A DNA stretch of 64,000 bases from an uncultured virus (IMG/VR IMGVR_UViG_2930745263_000001) (lineage: Duplodnaviria > Heunggongvirae > Uroviricota > Caudoviricetes): the IMG/VR virus record IMGVR_UViG_2930745263_000001; one strand, written 5' to 3'. The first letter of the stretch is position 1, and the number at the start of each line of letters is the position of its first letter. The notes under the pieces were generated by a model that saw only the letters and a program-made list of their open reading frames with translations, had not been told where the DNA came from and made no database searches. Position numbers and translations under genes: made by a program. Positions 33,856 to 43,865 of this stretch are shown here, piece by piece.

Positions 33856-36234
33856 TCACAACTGCGTGACCAGCAGATTCCGCCAGAACGGGCGCGTCGC
33901 CAGGTCCGTGATGCTGCCGTTCGACAGCCCGATGTACCCGCCCCGGTACGTCGTGTCCGCGATCGGGCCCGTCGTCCAACCCGCACCATCCGTACGCCGG
34001 AGCTCCACCGTCGTCGGCGTCACGTCGATCTGAAAGCTCATGGCCGTGTCCGCGACCGGTGCCGCCGTGGCGATGGTGCTGCCGATCTGCGTTCCTGCGG
34101 TCACCCCAGCCGTGTGCCGGTACAGCTGCATGTCCCCCGAGGCCCGCATAACCAGGTGGTAGCCGCCGGTCGTGTTCGCGGTCCCGAACCGGTACACGTC
34201 GTCCGACGCCTTCCCGAAGTAGAACCCGCCGTGAACCGTCGCAGCAGGCAGGACCTTGTACTTCATGTCGAACGCGATCCGGTAGCCGGCCGTACTCCCC
34301 TGCACCGGTGCGTAGGTGCCGAGCCCGTAGGACTGGTTCGGCAGGACGTTGATGCTGACCCAGCCGACGTCCGGGGCCGGGGCGAACACCAGCGAGTACG
34401 CAGTGTCGTAGTCCAGGGCGGGGGTGCCGCCGGACTCCTTGATCTGGAGGTCCCAGCGGGACGCGGTGCGCTGCGGCAAGGCCGTGGACACGTACCGCGG
34501 GTCGGACGCCATCATGCCGACCACACCGAGCCCGGTGAGCCGCGTGACCTGGCTGCGCCGGTAGACGGGCCAGGCGAAAACGGGCTTGCCTCGTGCCACG
34601 ACCTGCTGGATCCGCTGGTCGGTGAACGTGGTGGAGACGCCCCAGTAGTCGACCATGGTGCCGCCGGCGTCCTTGGCATCCATCGTGGCGTCGCTGGTGG
34701 TGGAGTCGAGGTAGATCCAGGTTCGGTAGTTCCGCGACGGCGCCTTCGCCCAGGGCAAGGACTGGGTTCCGATGTGTGCCTTCCAGATCACGCTGCGCGG
34801 GGCGTGCGGGTAGTACGTGTCCAGGAGGTTCTGTGTCGGGACGACAGCGTCGTTGCCCTTGGCCTCCAGGAAGATGACCACCTTGCCGAGGAACTCGTCG
34901 AGGACCTGGCGCAGCGGCACCATCGGCTGGTCCGTCCACCCGGGGCCGAGCATTGTTCGCCCGTTCGTCAGGACGGCCTGCCCGATCTCCTCCGTCGTGT
35001 AGCTGGCCACGTTGCCGGTCTTGTACGTGGTGCGGTCCATCGTCGTGTCGTGGATGCACCACAGCTCCCCTGAGGCGTCCACGTTGACGGACACCTCGAG
35101 AGGGAAGCCCTGCGCGGCAGATGCCCGGTAGGCGGCGAGCGTGTGCTCGGGGCGGACCATGCCGCCGCCGCGGTGCGCGAAGAAGCGTGGGGACGCCGGA
35201 GTCGCTCCGGTGAAGTACGCGTCCACGGTCTGGATGGCGTTGGGGAGGTACAGGGTGGCCGCGGAGGTGGCGGCCGTGGTCACGGCTGCGGTCTGGGCGT
35301 TGCCGGCCTTCGTCGTGGCGTCCGCAGCGGCCGCTGTCGTCGCGGCCGTCTGGGCGGTGTTGGCCTTGGTCGTCGCGTCGGACGAAGCAGCCGCAATGGC
35401 GGCGGCTTGGGCTGCGCTCGCCTTCGTTGAGGCGTCCGAGGCGGCCGCGGCAATCGCAGCGCTCTGGGCGCTGTTGGCCTTCGTGGTCGCGTCCGTCGCA
35501 GCAGCGGCAATGGCAGCGGATTGTGCCGCGTTCGCCTTGCTGGTGGCATCCGACGCTGCGGTGCTGACCGCAGCCGTGCGGGCCGCGTCTGCCTTCGTCG
35601 AGGCGTCGGCGGCCGCCGCGGTGACAGCAGCAGTCTGGGCGGCTGCCGCAGACCCGGCCGGCTCGTACGCGGTGTCCGCACGTTCAGCCTCGGCGGCTAC
35701 AGCGGTGTCCGTGTACTCCTGTGCCTCCGCCGTACCTGACGGGCCGACCAGGGATGCCAGGTAGTCGTCCGGGGTGCCGGCGTTCCCGGCCTCCAGCCAC
35801 ACCTCGTACGCGGAGGCCCCGTCCACACCATCCGTACCGTCGGTGCCGTCGTCGCCTCGAGGTCCCGGCACGTACACGACGGTGCTGCCACCGGTGAGGG
35901 CGTCCCCCAGGTCAACACGGAGGTCGCCCATCCAGTGCGGGCCGGCCGTCTCCGGGACCAGGATGTACGTCATCACGGGGGTGCCGTCGAGGGCTCGCCC
36001 CTCCATGACCGCCCACACTGTGTCCCCCGCGGCCGCGTCGATCGCCGCGTTCGCGGTCAAATCTGCGGACCACGTGCCGTCCTCCTGCGGCTTCACGGTG
36101 ACCGGACGCACGATCTGCGACTGGTCCCCCGCCACGTAGCCGACCGCAGTGGTACCGGTGACGTCGACCAGGGTGATCCTGACCTCGGTGCGCTGCGGGG
36201 CGCCGCCAACCTGTTTACCCGTGACAGTGGTCAC
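33856..36234 (-). CDS. Tail fibre/appendage with glycerophosphodiester phosphodiesterase domain
   Basis: Short Gly-X-Y stretch ending in GASAYEVW, 19-aa Ala-rich repeats, FAHRGG...PEHTLAAY...IHD GDPD motifs, beta-rich C-terminus. Confidence 0.8.
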   Translation of the reverse strand: MTTVTGKQVGGAPQRTEVRITLVDVTGTTAVGYVAGDQSQIVRPVTVKPQEDGTWSADLTANAAIDAAAGDTVWAVMEGRALDGTPVMTYILVPETAGPHWMGDLRVDLGDALTGGSTVVYVPGPRGDDGTDGTDGVDGASAYEVWLEAGNAGTPDDYLASLVGPSGTAEAQEYTDTAVAAEAERADTAYEPAGSAAAAQTAAVTAAAADASTKADAARTAAVSTAASDATSKANAAQSAAIAAAATDATTKANSAQSAAIAAAASDASTKASAAQAAAIAAASSDATTKANTAQTAATTAAAADATTKAGNAQTAAVTTAATSAATLYLPNAIQTVDAYFTGATPASPRFFAHRGGGMVRPEHTLAAYRASAAQGFPLEVSVNVDASGELWCIHDTTMDRTTYKTGNVASYTTEEIGQAVLTNGRTMLGPGWTDQPMVPLRQVLDEFLGKVVIFLEAKGNDAVVPTQNLLDTYYPHAPRSVIWKAHIGTQSLPWAKAPSRNYRTWIYLDSTTSDATMDAKDAGGTMVDYWGVSTTFTDQRIQQVVARGKPVFAWPVYRRSQVTRLTGLGVVGMMASDPRYVSTALPQRTASRWDLQIKESGGTPALDYDTAYSLVFAPAPDVGWVSINVLPNQSYGLGTYAPVQGSTAGYRIAFDMKYKVLPAATVHGGFYFGKASDDVYRFGTANTTGGYHLVMRASGDMQLYRHTAGVTAGTQIGSTIATAAPVADTAMSFQIDVTPTTVELRRTDGAGWTTGPIADTTYRGGYIGLSNGSITDLATRPFWRNLLVTQL
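35270..35640 (-). repeat. About 6.5 x 57-bp (19-aa) coding repeat AQxAAIAAAAxDATTKAxx
   Basis: Read directly from the translation. Confidence 0.8.
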
Positions 36235-36236
36235 CG

Positions 36237-36617
36237 TCAGACTCCACTTCGGTTGTACTCGTCGACCAACGGGTGCGGGTCTGGAGGCGGCCCTATCGGG
36301 TTGCGGGCCCACCGGTACAGGTCGTCGAGGGTCCAGGAGAACGCCTGCAGGAATCGGTCCGTGCGGGACTGTCGGACCCTGATCTGCTCGTTCTCCGAAC
36401 GCAGTAGGCCGTTTTCCTTGTCCACCCGGTCCACGGTCGCCTGGAGCACGGCCAGGTCCGCTGTCCGAAGAGCTGGGGCCGCCTGAGCGGCAGCAGCAGC
36501 CTGATTCGCTGCTGCGGTCGCTTGCGCGGCTCGTGTTGATGCGCGGGCTGTGAAGACGGCTGCGACCACCGCGCCAAAAGCGCCGATGACGGCAACGATT
36601 ACAGACCAGAGACTCAT
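36237..36617 (-). CDS. Single-TM coiled-coil protein (lysis cassette)
   Basis: N-terminal TM, then heptad region; ATGA-coupled. Confidence 0.7.
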   Translation of the reverse strand: MSLWSVIVAVIGAFGAVVAAVFTARASTRAAQATAAANQAAAAAQAAPALRTADLAVLQATVDRVDKENGLLRSENEQIRVRQSRTDRFLQAFSWTLDDLYRWARNPIGPPPDPHPLVDEYNRSGV

Positions 36618-37081
36618 GCTGCGTTGCCTTTCCCAGGGCGGCGCGGCACTGGGGGGACCGAGTACTCGGGCACCGTAGCCGCCCACATGATTACCCCGAC
36701 GTGCGAGGTGAGGTACCAGAGCGCTACAAACGCGCCCCGTGAGTACTCGCCGCTGACGGCAGCGGCGAGGTAGGCGATGGCCCACACGATGGGGGGAATA
36801 AGCGCCGCTCCGTATCCGGCCCAGTCACGGCCGATACGAAGGAAGGCACAGCTGGTTGTGACCAGACCTGCCACGATCCACAACCACGACCAGTGACGCA
36901 GCGAGCACATGGACGTGAGGAGTTGCAGACCGCTGGGGTCCGGAGGGTTGACGAGAAAGCTGATGCCCCAGCAGGTTTTACCGACACCGAGGATCAGCAA
37001 GAAGACGCCGCGGCGGCCCACGCGCTTGAACAGACTCCGGCACAGGTGGCGCGGTGCTTGCAGGAGGGCCGCCGCGAACAT
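36614..37081 (-). CDS. Four-TM membrane protein (holin-like accessory)
   Basis: GRRGVFLLILG plus four hydrophobic segments. Confidence 0.7.
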   Translation of the reverse strand: MFAAALLQAPRHLCRSLFKRVGRRGVFLLILGVGKTCWGISFLVNPPDPSGLQLLTSMCSLRHWSWLWIVAGLVTTSCAFLRIGRDWAGYGAALIPPIVWAIAYLAAAVSGEYSRGAFVALWYLTSHVGVIMWAATVPEYSVPPVPRRPGKGNAA

Positions 37082-37440
37082 CAGGCTCCCATCACAGGAC
37101 GCTTGGCAGCGCCCGCCGGGACCGGGGCTATGACCTGGGTGCGGTCCCACATGGCAACGACCGCGGCGGCCACGGACAGGACGACGGCCTGCTGTTCCGC
37201 GGACCAGTCCAGGCCGAAGCCGACGGCGAGGGCAACCGCAGCCTGAATGAGGCCGACGAGCGCGGCGCCGACACCGTCCGACGCCATGACGGCGAGGGCC
37301 AGGCCAACCGCCGCGGCGGCGACTGCGTTGATGACGGCCTGCTGCTCGCCGGACACCTCGATGCCGAACGCGGCGACGAGCTTGACGATGACGGCCACGA
37401 GACCGAGGAGCGCGGCAGGCTCCCGACCGAGGATCTTCAC
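37081..37440 (-). CDS. Holin
   Basis: KILGREPAALLGL...EQQAVI repeated 2-TM units, directly after the endolysin. Confidence 0.8.
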   Translation of the reverse strand: MKILGREPAALLGLVAVIVKLVAAFGIEVSGEQQAVINAVAAAAVGLALAVMASDGVGAALVGLIQAAVALAVGFGLDWSAEQQAVVLSVAAAVVAMWDRTQVIAPVPAGAAKRPVMGA

Positions 37441-37478
37441 GATGGGTTCTCCTTGCAGGGGTGGGTGGATCAGAGGGG

Positions 37479-38810
37479 TCAGGACTTGGGGACCTTGAGG
37501 GCGTCCCAAGAGGTCTTGCCGGGGATGCCGTCGGCGGCGTCGCCGGTGTAGCCGAGCTTCCGCTGCCAGGCTGCGTAGGACGCCTTGTCGACGTTCGTCC
37601 AGTTCGGCCCGGGACCGGACCGATACTTCCCGCAGCCCTCGGCGACGAGGCGGCGTCCCATCGCGGTGACAATCGGGCTGTGGCGGCCGCCGTGGAAGAA
37701 TGCTGCGCCGGGGAACGGCTCCAGGGGCTGCGTGGATGGCTTGGCCGTCGTGGTGCCGGGAACCTTCAGCTTCTGGCCGATGGCCAGCTTGTTCGGGTCC
37801 TTCAGCCCGTTCAGCTTCACCAGGGCGTCCGGCGTCGTCTTGTGCGTTGCCGCGATGCTGGTGAGGGTGTCGCCCTGCTTCACGGTGTACGTGCTGCTCG
37901 AGGGCGTGGTGGCCGAAGACCCGCCACCGCTGTCCGTGCTGCCGGATGCCTTGCCGGGGACGATGGACGTGTCGATGGCGCCCGGATCCCAATGATCCTG
38001 GTAGACGATCTGGCTGTGGCCGTAGTGCCCACCCTCGTTCTCCCAGGTGGACTTCGGGCGCTTCGTCGCGGCCGCTGGGGTGGCCGGCGGTTTCCCGACG
38101 GGCCAGACGTCCGGGATACCGTGCGCCCGCATCGCGGCGATGAGCTTGCGGAAGTTCGGCTTGTCCGCGGGGTCGAATCCCTTCGTCCACGGGGACTTCG
38201 CGTAGCCGAGAACCTCGACCTGGATGCAGACCTTGCCAGTGCGGTTCGTGCGGTATGACCCGGAACCGTTGCGCAGTGCGCGGCCGCTCGAGGTGAGGGG
38301 ACCGAACTGGGCGATCTTGTCGGTGACGGGGCAGTAAATGACCTGCGGTTCGGCACCGACCCGGATTAGGTAGGCGCTGATGCTCGCAAGGTAATTCCCG
38401 CCGGCCGGAGACTCGGTGGTGTGCCAGACGGCGCGGGGCGGTTTGCTCGGGCTGTCGCTAGCTCCGCCGATGGCCTGGTTGCCCATCTTCGTCACGCCGG
38501 AGATGTACGAAGGGCCGACGGTACCTCTCGGCATGTACCCGGAGTCACTCTGCGGGTTGGGGTCGGGGTCGTAGACCCGGTACTCGGCGGCGTCCGTGGG
38601 GACGTACACGTCGAGGTCGCCGTCGTCGCGCAGGACCATGAACGCCCCGGCGAGGCGGGGGTGCTCAAGGACGTGGCGCTCGGTGTCGTCGAGGACGGCG
38701 ATGGCGCGGACCTCGTCGGCGTGGGCCTGGTCGCAGGTCCCGTAGTAGGTGGTGGTCGGCTGGAGGCTGTCGGGGTCGATGTGGTCGACCGCGACGTGGA
38801 AGGTCGTCAC
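37479..38810 (-). CDS. Endolysin: N-terminal extension, amidase, LysM, PG-binding domain
   Basis: AVWHTTE...GHYGHSQ...DHWDPG amidase; YTVKQGDTLTSIA LysM; PFPGAAFF...AAWQRKLG...ADGIPG. Confidence 0.9.
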   Translation of the reverse strand: MTTFHVAVDHIDPDSLQPTTTYYGTCDQAHADEVRAIAVLDDTERHVLEHPRLAGAFMVLRDDGDLDVYVPTDAAEYRVYDPDPNPQSDSGYMPRGTVGPSYISGVTKMGNQAIGGASDSPSKPPRAVWHTTESPAGGNYLASISAYLIRVGAEPQVIYCPVTDKIAQFGPLTSSGRALRNGSGSYRTNRTGKVCIQVEVLGYAKSPWTKGFDPADKPNFRKLIAAMRAHGIPDVWPVGKPPATPAAATKRPKSTWENEGGHYGHSQIVYQDHWDPGAIDTSIVPGKASGSTDSGGGSSATTPSSSTYTVKQGDTLTSIAATHKTTPDALVKLNGLKDPNKLAIGQKLKVPGTTTAKPSTQPLEPFPGAAFFHGGRHSPIVTAMGRRLVAEGCGKYRSGPGPNWTNVDKASYAAWQRKLGYTGDAADGIPGKTSWDALKVPKS

Positions 38811-39631
38811 AGGATGACTCCGTCTCGGCGGGGCTGCACGACGTCGATCTCGTCGCAGAGGGTCAGGTAGGTGGAGAGGCGGAGTCGGCCGTCGCCGTGC
38901 TCTCCCCAGGCGCTTCCCCAGGACTGGCGGAAGCGCAGGATGGTGTTGGCGTAGTCGATGGCGCCGTCGTTGAGGGCAATGTCCTCGAGAGCGGTGACGC
39001 AGATTTCGTGGCCACCCTCGAGCGGAGAGTCCGCCCAGTTGGGGTCGGCGTCGACGAAACCGTTCGCGTCCGGTTCGGACATGGCCGCGCGCCACGGGAG
39101 ACCCATCAAAACGGGCCCGGTCTGCAGGAGGGTGCAGAGCTGGTAGGCGGTGGTGGCGTGCCCGTACTGGTCGATCAGCCCGCGGTTACGCATGGCTTTG
39201 GCGACGCCGAGGCCGGACGAGCCGACGTCCTGGGAGGGCCAGGCCGCCTCGTCCCACTGGTCGCAGGAGGTGGCGTCGGCATACAGGCCGATCGCGAAGT
39301 GCTGTGCCATCGCAGCGTCGGCCAGGTTGAGAGACGCGGCGAAGGCCTGCTCGGGGGTGAGGAGGATGGAGAGAAGGGCGGTGGCGGCGTTGCCGGTGCA
39401 GGAGGCGAGTGCGTCCACGTCCTCGTCGAGTCCGTACGCCTGGGCGGTGCGAATGCCCTGCGCGATCAGCCCGGTCTGGTTGAGGACGGGGATGCGGGGC
39501 TCCCACGCGGTCGCGCGGAGGGGCTGCCCGTCGTAGGGCCTGCGGTAGGCGAGGCTGCGCGGGTCGAGGACCTGGTGTCTGCCCAGGGTGGGCTGGACCT
39601 CGTACGTGCGGATCGTGAGATCGGTGGGCAC
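38807..39631 (-). CDS. Papain-like (C1) cysteine peptidase
   Basis: NQ...SCTGNA, GGHEI, RQSWGSAWGEHG. Confidence 0.8.
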   Translation of the reverse strand: MPTDLTIRTYEVQPTLGRHQVLDPRSLAYRRPYDGQPLRATAWEPRIPVLNQTGLIAQGIRTAQAYGLDEDVDALASCTGNAATALLSILLTPEQAFAASLNLADAAMAQHFAIGLYADATSCDQWDEAAWPSQDVGSSGLGVAKAMRNRGLIDQYGHATTAYQLCTLLQTGPVLMGLPWRAAMSEPDANGFVDADPNWADSPLEGGHEICVTALEDIALNDGAIDYANTILRFRQSWGSAWGEHGDGRLRLSTYLTLCDEIDVVQPRRDGVIL

Positions 39632-39769
39632 TCGCCCGTGCTCCTGCACTCCCCGCGCCCAGAGCAATTGGTTGGCGTGCTGCGCCGGCCGGGGCCGGGT
39701 GGCAGTCCCTCGGGGGTGGTGCGGGGCGGAGGGTCGCCCTGTGGATCAGCGTACGGGTGTGCGGGCCGG

Positions 39770-40147
39770 TTACTGCCCCTGCTCCTGCGGTGGGGTGTCC
39801 GCCGGTGCCGGGTCGTCCGACAGCGGTTCCTCCGCGGGGTCGTCCGGGGCGGGCAGGTCCGGTGACGGCGCCGGCGGTTGCCCCTCCTGCACGACGGTCT
39901 GCGTCTCGGCGGCCGGGGCGCTGGGCTGCCAGCTGAGAACCCGAGCGATCTTGTATGTCGAGTACAGGGCCTTGAGGCGTTCTTCGACTACTTCGCCGAT
40001 CGCGACGATGTCCTCGTCGTGCAGGACGTCGCACAGGTCGATCGATAGCGGCACGTGAAGACTGATGCCGCCTCCTGCTATGTGCCAGCTCAGGACGACC
40101 GGGGGGTAGTAGGAGGATTTCGCGTCAGGGGGTGAGGTGAGAGTCAC
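39770..40147 (-). CDS. Hypothetical tail-associated protein
   Basis: AAAGGA RBS; acidic Pro-rich tail. Confidence 0.55.
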   Translation of the reverse strand: MTLTSPPDAKSSYYPPVVLSWHIAGGGISLHVPLSIDLCDVLHDEDIVAIGEVVEERLKALYSTYKIARVLSWQPSAPAAETQTVVQEGQPPAPSPDLPAPDDPAEEPLSDDPAPADTPPQEQGQ

Positions 40148-40162
40148 GATGGGTCCTTTCTG

Positions 40163-41815
40163 TCAGGCTTCGCGGTACCAGCCGTTGATTGTGATGGTGC
40201 TGGTGGCGCCGAGGTTGTTGCCGCGGATCTGGATGTCGGTGCAGTCGCGGATCTGGTCGATGACGGCTCCGGCCCCGTTGAAGTTGATGTTGCCGACGCC
40301 GGCGCCGCCTGTTGCGCTGTTGGTGCCTGCGGCGATTCCTCCGGAGTAGGTGGGGAGGTATTGGCGGATGTCCGCTGAGCCCCGGTACGGGGTGGAGGGC
40401 AGGGACACGGTGATGCCGGTGGTTCCGGACCCGGCGGCGGAGCACACGATGTAGACGTGCACGAAGACCATCTTGCCGAGCTTGTAGTACATGCCGTTGC
40501 GGGCGGAGAAGGTGGCGGATCCGCCGTTGGTGACGGTGGGGGTGTAGCTGGTGAAGGTGGTGTTGGCGACGGCAAGGGTGCCGTCGATGCTGAGTCCTGT
40601 CGGTGTGATGTAGAGGGACCGGTCGGCTGTGCTGCTCTGGGCGCGGATCCGTATCTGCGTTCCGGACATCTTGATGGAGGTGCCGGGGCCGAGGAGACCG
40701 TCTCCTCCGGGGGCGTTGTCCCCGTCGAAGCAAGTGAGTTCCAGGGAGGACGTGTCGGTGGTGTCGGTGGCGGTGTAGCCGTAGACCCGCGATAGTCCGG
40801 AGGCGTCGTTGTACGGGTTCGGGTTGGCGTCAAGGGCGAAGCTGCCGCCCCGGACGCCGGGCTGGCTGGACAGGAGCCGGAGCTCGGAAATGATGGCCTG
40901 ACTGTTGGGGCCGATGTTCGCGACGGCAGGCGAGCGGAGCGCGGCGTAGGGGTAGGCGGATGTTCCGGTGGTCACCTGTGCTGCCAGGAGGCCAGGAGCG
41001 GTTTGCGCTGCGGCCCCTGAGTGGAGTTCGACGGCGGGGACGGTCGCGGCCGGGTTGCTGGGGTCGGTGGCCTGCGGGTTGAGGACTAGCCGCTGTCCGG
41101 AGGATGCGGTGCGGACGATGCCGCCGGTGACGACGGCACCGTCCACTGTCCCGCCCGTGATGATCTTTCCGGTGATGGCGTCGGCTTTCAGGCTGACGGC
41201 GTCGACGGATCCGGCGGCGAGCTTGGGGGTGGTGACCGCGTTCGCGTACACCTTGGGGGTGGTGACGGCGCCGTCGGCGATAAGCGTTTCGGTGATCTCC
41301 CCGATGCCGATCTCCCCTGCCACCGGTTTCGGTGTGTACGGGCCGACCACCGTCGTGGCCGCGGAGGCGGTCCCAGACGTGTTGCGGGCCAGGAGCGCCA
41401 CGTACAGGGGTGCGGTGGAGGGGATGTAGGCGATGCCGCCCTGCGCCGTCTCGATCGTCGCCTTGAGGGTGCCCGTGGTGGGGGTGAAGGCGGGGGTGGG
41501 CGAGGCGTGGACTTCGACGCGCGCCCAGTCCATGGGGATGATCGCCCCGTTCGCGAACGTCCCGTCCCACCCGGCCGATACCCCGCCGAGGGCCGGAGCA
41601 GCACTGGGGGTGGCGGGTGCCGGTGGCGGGCCGCCGTTGACGATGTTCACCGCGGTGGTGCCGTCGCCCTGCTGTCCGAGGATGCCGCGCAAAGACCCGG
41701 TGCTGTCCCGGACCTGCAGGGCCGTGTTGTCGAGGGATGCGGAGGACAGGCGGGAGGAGTGCTCCACCGCGGCAAGGCGCTTCTTCAGGGATTCGAGTTC
41801 GCGGCCGATGTCCAT
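40163..41815 (-). CDS. Minor tail protein / tail fibre
   Basis: MDIGRELE..., ITETLIADGAVTTPK repeats, YYKLGKMVFV C-terminal fibre motif. Confidence 0.8.
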   Translation of the reverse strand: MDIGRELESLKKRLAAVEHSSRLSSASLDNTALQVRDSTGSLRGILGQQGDGTTAVNIVNGGPPPAPATPSAAPALGGVSAGWDGTFANGAIIPMDWARVEVHASPTPAFTPTTGTLKATIETAQGGIAYIPSTAPLYVALLARNTSGTASAATTVVGPYTPKPVAGEIGIGEITETLIADGAVTTPKVYANAVTTPKLAAGSVDAVSLKADAITGKIITGGTVDGAVVTGGIVRTASSGQRLVLNPQATDPSNPAATVPAVELHSGAAAQTAPGLLAAQVTTGTSAYPYAALRSPAVANIGPNSQAIISELRLLSSQPGVRGGSFALDANPNPYNDASGLSRVYGYTATDTTDTSSLELTCFDGDNAPGGDGLLGPGTSIKMSGTQIRIRAQSSTADRSLYITPTGLSIDGTLAVANTTFTSYTPTVTNGGSATFSARNGMYYKLGKMVFVHVYIVCSAAGSGTTGITVSLPSTPYRGSADIRQYLPTYSGGIAAGTNSATGGAGVGNINFNGAGAVIDQIRDCTDIQIRGNNLGATSTITINGWYREA

Positions 41816-41817
41816 GG

Positions 41818-42921
41818 TCAGACTCCTGCGTAGGTGTAGGCGTCGGCGGGCTTGAGGTCGATGACGGCCTGGGGGCCGCCGGTGGCGTGGGGGCGGATGG
41901 TCCAGCCGGTGATGCGCCGCCACCCGACGTAGTCGACCCAGGCGTTGTGGACGCGGACGTACACGTCGTCGCCGACCTGCCACGATCCGAAAGGGGCGGC
42001 AGTGGTGTCGCGGATGGTGATCTGGTCGACGGAGCCGAGGACCTCGCGGCGTTTCCTCTCAGCGGAGGTCAGGGAGGCGAGAGTGTCGTTGGCCTTGACG
42101 TCGGGGAAGTCGGCGACGTGCTCCAGGCGCAGCCTCCCGTTACGGACTGCGGAGACCTGGCGGCGTTTCGCGGACCCGTCACCGGCGCCCATCCCGATGA
42201 CGACCTGGGCGTACTCGTCCCCGCTGAACGGCACCTCGGGGTCTTCGATGATGTTCACGCCGGAGCTGAACGTAATGTCGGTGCGGCGCGCCCCGAGCCG
42301 CGGCCAGCCCAGCCGGATGCGGCGCACCGGGGCGGTCTTGTCCGCGGTCCACGTGGTCGTGCACGTGTAGTCCGGGGTGGCTTCCCCGGAGACAAGGTCG
42401 TCGATCATGTCCCCGATCGACTGGCTATCCCACCAGTTCGACTCGTGGCGCTCCGCGGTGGTGCCAACGGTGGACGTGGACGTGGTGGAGTCGACGACCA
42501 CACCAAGGCTGCCGTCTGCGATGGACTGGGCGTAGGCCCACGCGTCACGGATGACCTGGCACCGGTCGGCGTTGACCCACGGTCCGCGGCCGCCGAGCTG
42601 CCCGTCGAGGTCGTAGCGCTTCTGCAGATACGACGACCAGCCGGCGGCTTCGATGTCGAAGGTGTCGCCCTGGGGGCGGACGTCCCAGATCAGACCGCCC
42701 CACCTGAGCTGGCCGGCGGACTCGACGTAGATGAGGGTGGTGCCCGGGTCGAGGAGGGTCGGGTTCTGCGACACGAGACGCGGGGACAGGCGCCCGGTGA
42801 GCGTGCCGGGGCCGTTGAGTTCGTCGCCGTACTCCAGGTCCTGCACGGGCAGGGCGAGGGACTGCCACGCGCCGGTGAGGGCGTGCTGGGTGAGGACCCG
42901 GTCCGGGACGGGGGCGGTCAC
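41818..42921 (-). CDS. Minor tail (baseplate hub-like) protein
   Basis: LNGPGTLTG...LRWGGLIW...GWSSYL; position in the operon. Confidence 0.8.
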   Translation of the reverse strand: MTAPVPDRVLTQHALTGAWQSLALPVQDLEYGDELNGPGTLTGRLSPRLVSQNPTLLDPGTTLIYVESAGQLRWGGLIWDVRPQGDTFDIEAAGWSSYLQKRYDLDGQLGGRGPWVNADRCQVIRDAWAYAQSIADGSLGVVVDSTTSTSTVGTTAERHESNWWDSQSIGDMIDDLVSGEATPDYTCTTTWTADKTAPVRRIRLGWPRLGARRTDITFSSGVNIIEDPEVPFSGDEYAQVVIGMGAGDGSAKRRQVSAVRNGRLRLEHVADFPDVKANDTLASLTSAERKRREVLGSVDQITIRDTTAAPFGSWQVGDDVYVRVHNAWVDYVGWRRITGWTIRPHATGGPQAVIDLKPADAYTYAGV

Positions 42922-43853
42922 CGCGGCGCCTCGAAGAACTCGATGTCAGCCTTGAGGGTGGTGGAGGCGTCCACGGCGACGGTGCCTGTGTTCCCTGTGG
43001 TGCCGGTGGCCTGGGCGCGCAGGAGCTGGGTGGTGCCTCGGTAGGCGTCGGGGATGGTGAGGGTGTCGGCGACGAACGTCGTCACGCGGCGGATCGCGGT
43101 CTGGTTGTCGTCGAGGATGACGGGCTGCAGGGTGAGGGAGGCCCCGAACGTGGCACGGAGGGATCCGATGAACTGCGCGACGCTGTATTTGAGCTGGGCG
43201 ATGTCGAGGCTGATGACGGCGGTGCTGGCCCATGTCGGGATGGGGACGTTCCAGCCTGCGGCGGTGGAGAAATAGCCGTAGGACCCGTTGGCGTTGCTGA
43301 TGCCGGTGGATGTGGTCGTCGGGGACTGGATCCACTGGGTGCGGTCACGGCGGGGGTTCGCGATGGCCCGGATGTCTTTGATCATGGCGTTGGTGATCGT
43401 GGACGTGGACGCCGGAATGTCGATCCGGGCCAGCGGGATCCCGGTGCGCCCGTCCGGGATCGTCGTGGCCGAGCTCGACACGTTCGAGATGACCTGGAAG
43501 TACGCGACTTGGCCGGTGACGGGGTCGATGTTCCCCTCGTACTCCTTGTCCTCGACGCGGAGGATCAGCATGTCGGAGCGCGGTGACCCGCCCGTCGGGG
43601 AGATGCCCACGGTGGCTGCCCCGATGTTGCAGACGGCGTAGGTTCCTTGGAACGGGTTGACGCGGCCGCGGACCATGCCGGATCCGTCACTGACCTGGAC
43701 GCTGGTGCCGGGGGTGGACAGCTGGGTGACCTTGAGGTCGGTGCCTTGGGTGATGCCCTCGGCGCCTCGGGCCAGGTCGCGGACGAGCATGCGGAACTGC
43801 TGGGCAGAGTGGGTGGCACCGTCGGTGAGGATCGGCGCGGGAAACAGGGCCAT
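42918..43853 (-). CDS. Minor tail protein
   Basis: RSDMLILRVED...IPLARIDIPAST...IKDIR. Confidence 0.75.
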   Translation of the reverse strand: MALFPAPILTDGATHSAQQFRMLVRDLARGAEGITQGTDLKVTQLSTPGTSVQVSDGSGMVRGRVNPFQGTYAVCNIGAATVGISPTGGSPRSDMLILRVEDKEYEGNIDPVTGQVAYFQVISNVSSSATTIPDGRTGIPLARIDIPASTSTITNAMIKDIRAIANPRRDRTQWIQSPTTTSTGISNANGSYGYFSTAAGWNVPIPTWASTAVISLDIAQLKYSVAQFIGSLRATFGASLTLQPVILDDNQTAIRRVTTFVADTLTIPDAYRGTTQLLRAQATGTTGNTGTVAVDASTTLKADIEFFEAPR

Positions 43854-43865
43854 GATGTGCGCTCC

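Noticed and set aside
35270..35640. Diversity-generating retroelement repeats
   Set aside because: These are in-frame tandem coding repeats, with no reverse transcriptase and no adenine-specific TR/VR pair.
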